This document shows, piece by piece, positions 63,581 through 64,000 of a stretch of 64,000 nucleotides of DNA (position 1 is its first letter; each line of letters begins with the position of its first letter). The notes beneath the pieces were generated by a model. It saw only the letters and a list, made by a program, of their open reading frames with translations, made no database searches and was not told the DNA's origin. The DNA comes from Octopus sinensis (Eukaryota): contig NC_043007.1 in NCBI RefSeq assembly GCF_006345805.1, positions 34,968,001 through 35,032,000 of the forward strand. Direction: 5' to 3'. The translations under genes were made by a program, and so were the position numbers.

Positions 63581-63756
63581 TATGTGTGTGTATGTGTATG
63601 AGGGTTGAATGACTATGTGTGTGTATGTGTATGAGGGTTGAATGACTATGTGTGTGTATGTGTATGAGGGTTGAATGACTATGTGTGTGTATGTGTATGA
63701 GGGTTGAATGACTATGTGTGTGTATGTGTATGAGGGTTGAATGACTATGTGTGTGT
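63581..63756. repeat. 33-bp minisatellite, 5.3 perfect copies
   Basis: TATGTGTGTGTATGTGTATGAGGGTTGAATGAC; followed by a SINE A-type tail. Confidence 0.95.
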
Positions 63757-64000
63757 CTTTGTCCCTCTACAACCACTTCACAATCCCCGTAACTTAACGG
63801 TTCGGTCAAAAAGACCGATAGAATGTGTACCAGGCTTCAAAAAGGACTGGGATCGATTCATTGGACTGAAATTCTCCAAGGCGGTCAAATAAATAAAAGG
63901 TAAAAGATACATACATACGTAGGTAGGTAGGTAGGTAGGTATGTAGGTAGATAGGTAGGTGGGCAGGTGGGTAGCTAGGTAGGCAGGAAGGTAGGTAGGC

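Overview
AT-rich eukaryotic DNA made almost entirely of nested transposable elements and microsatellites. I recognise no host protein gene, rRNA, genuine tRNA or CRISPR array. The SINE and LINE families match what I recall of coleoid cephalopod (Octopus) genomes; this is inference, not a database result. Contents: (1) at least five families of R4/Dong-clade RLE retrotransposons stacked head-to-tail in (TAA)n microsatellites, one with an in-frame (GAA)48 poly-Glu tract; (2) CR1 and Tx1/L1 LINE fragments whose 3' ends are shared with two SINE families; (3) modular tRNA-derived SINEs, including multimer arrays with a fixed junction; (4) Penelope-like (PLE) fragments with several minimal hammerhead-ribozyme motifs, one with a complete core and a recurrent non-canonical U6 variant; (5) mariner, piggyBac-like and Helitron/Helentron non-autonomous elements, plus several large hairpins. 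Almost all long ORF-track entries are microsatellite artefacts or decayed TE ORFs. Family letters (SINE A/B/C, Dong A-E, family F) are my own working labels. Most element boundaries are approximate by a few to tens of bases; TSD, TIR and ribozyme coordinates were counted directly.
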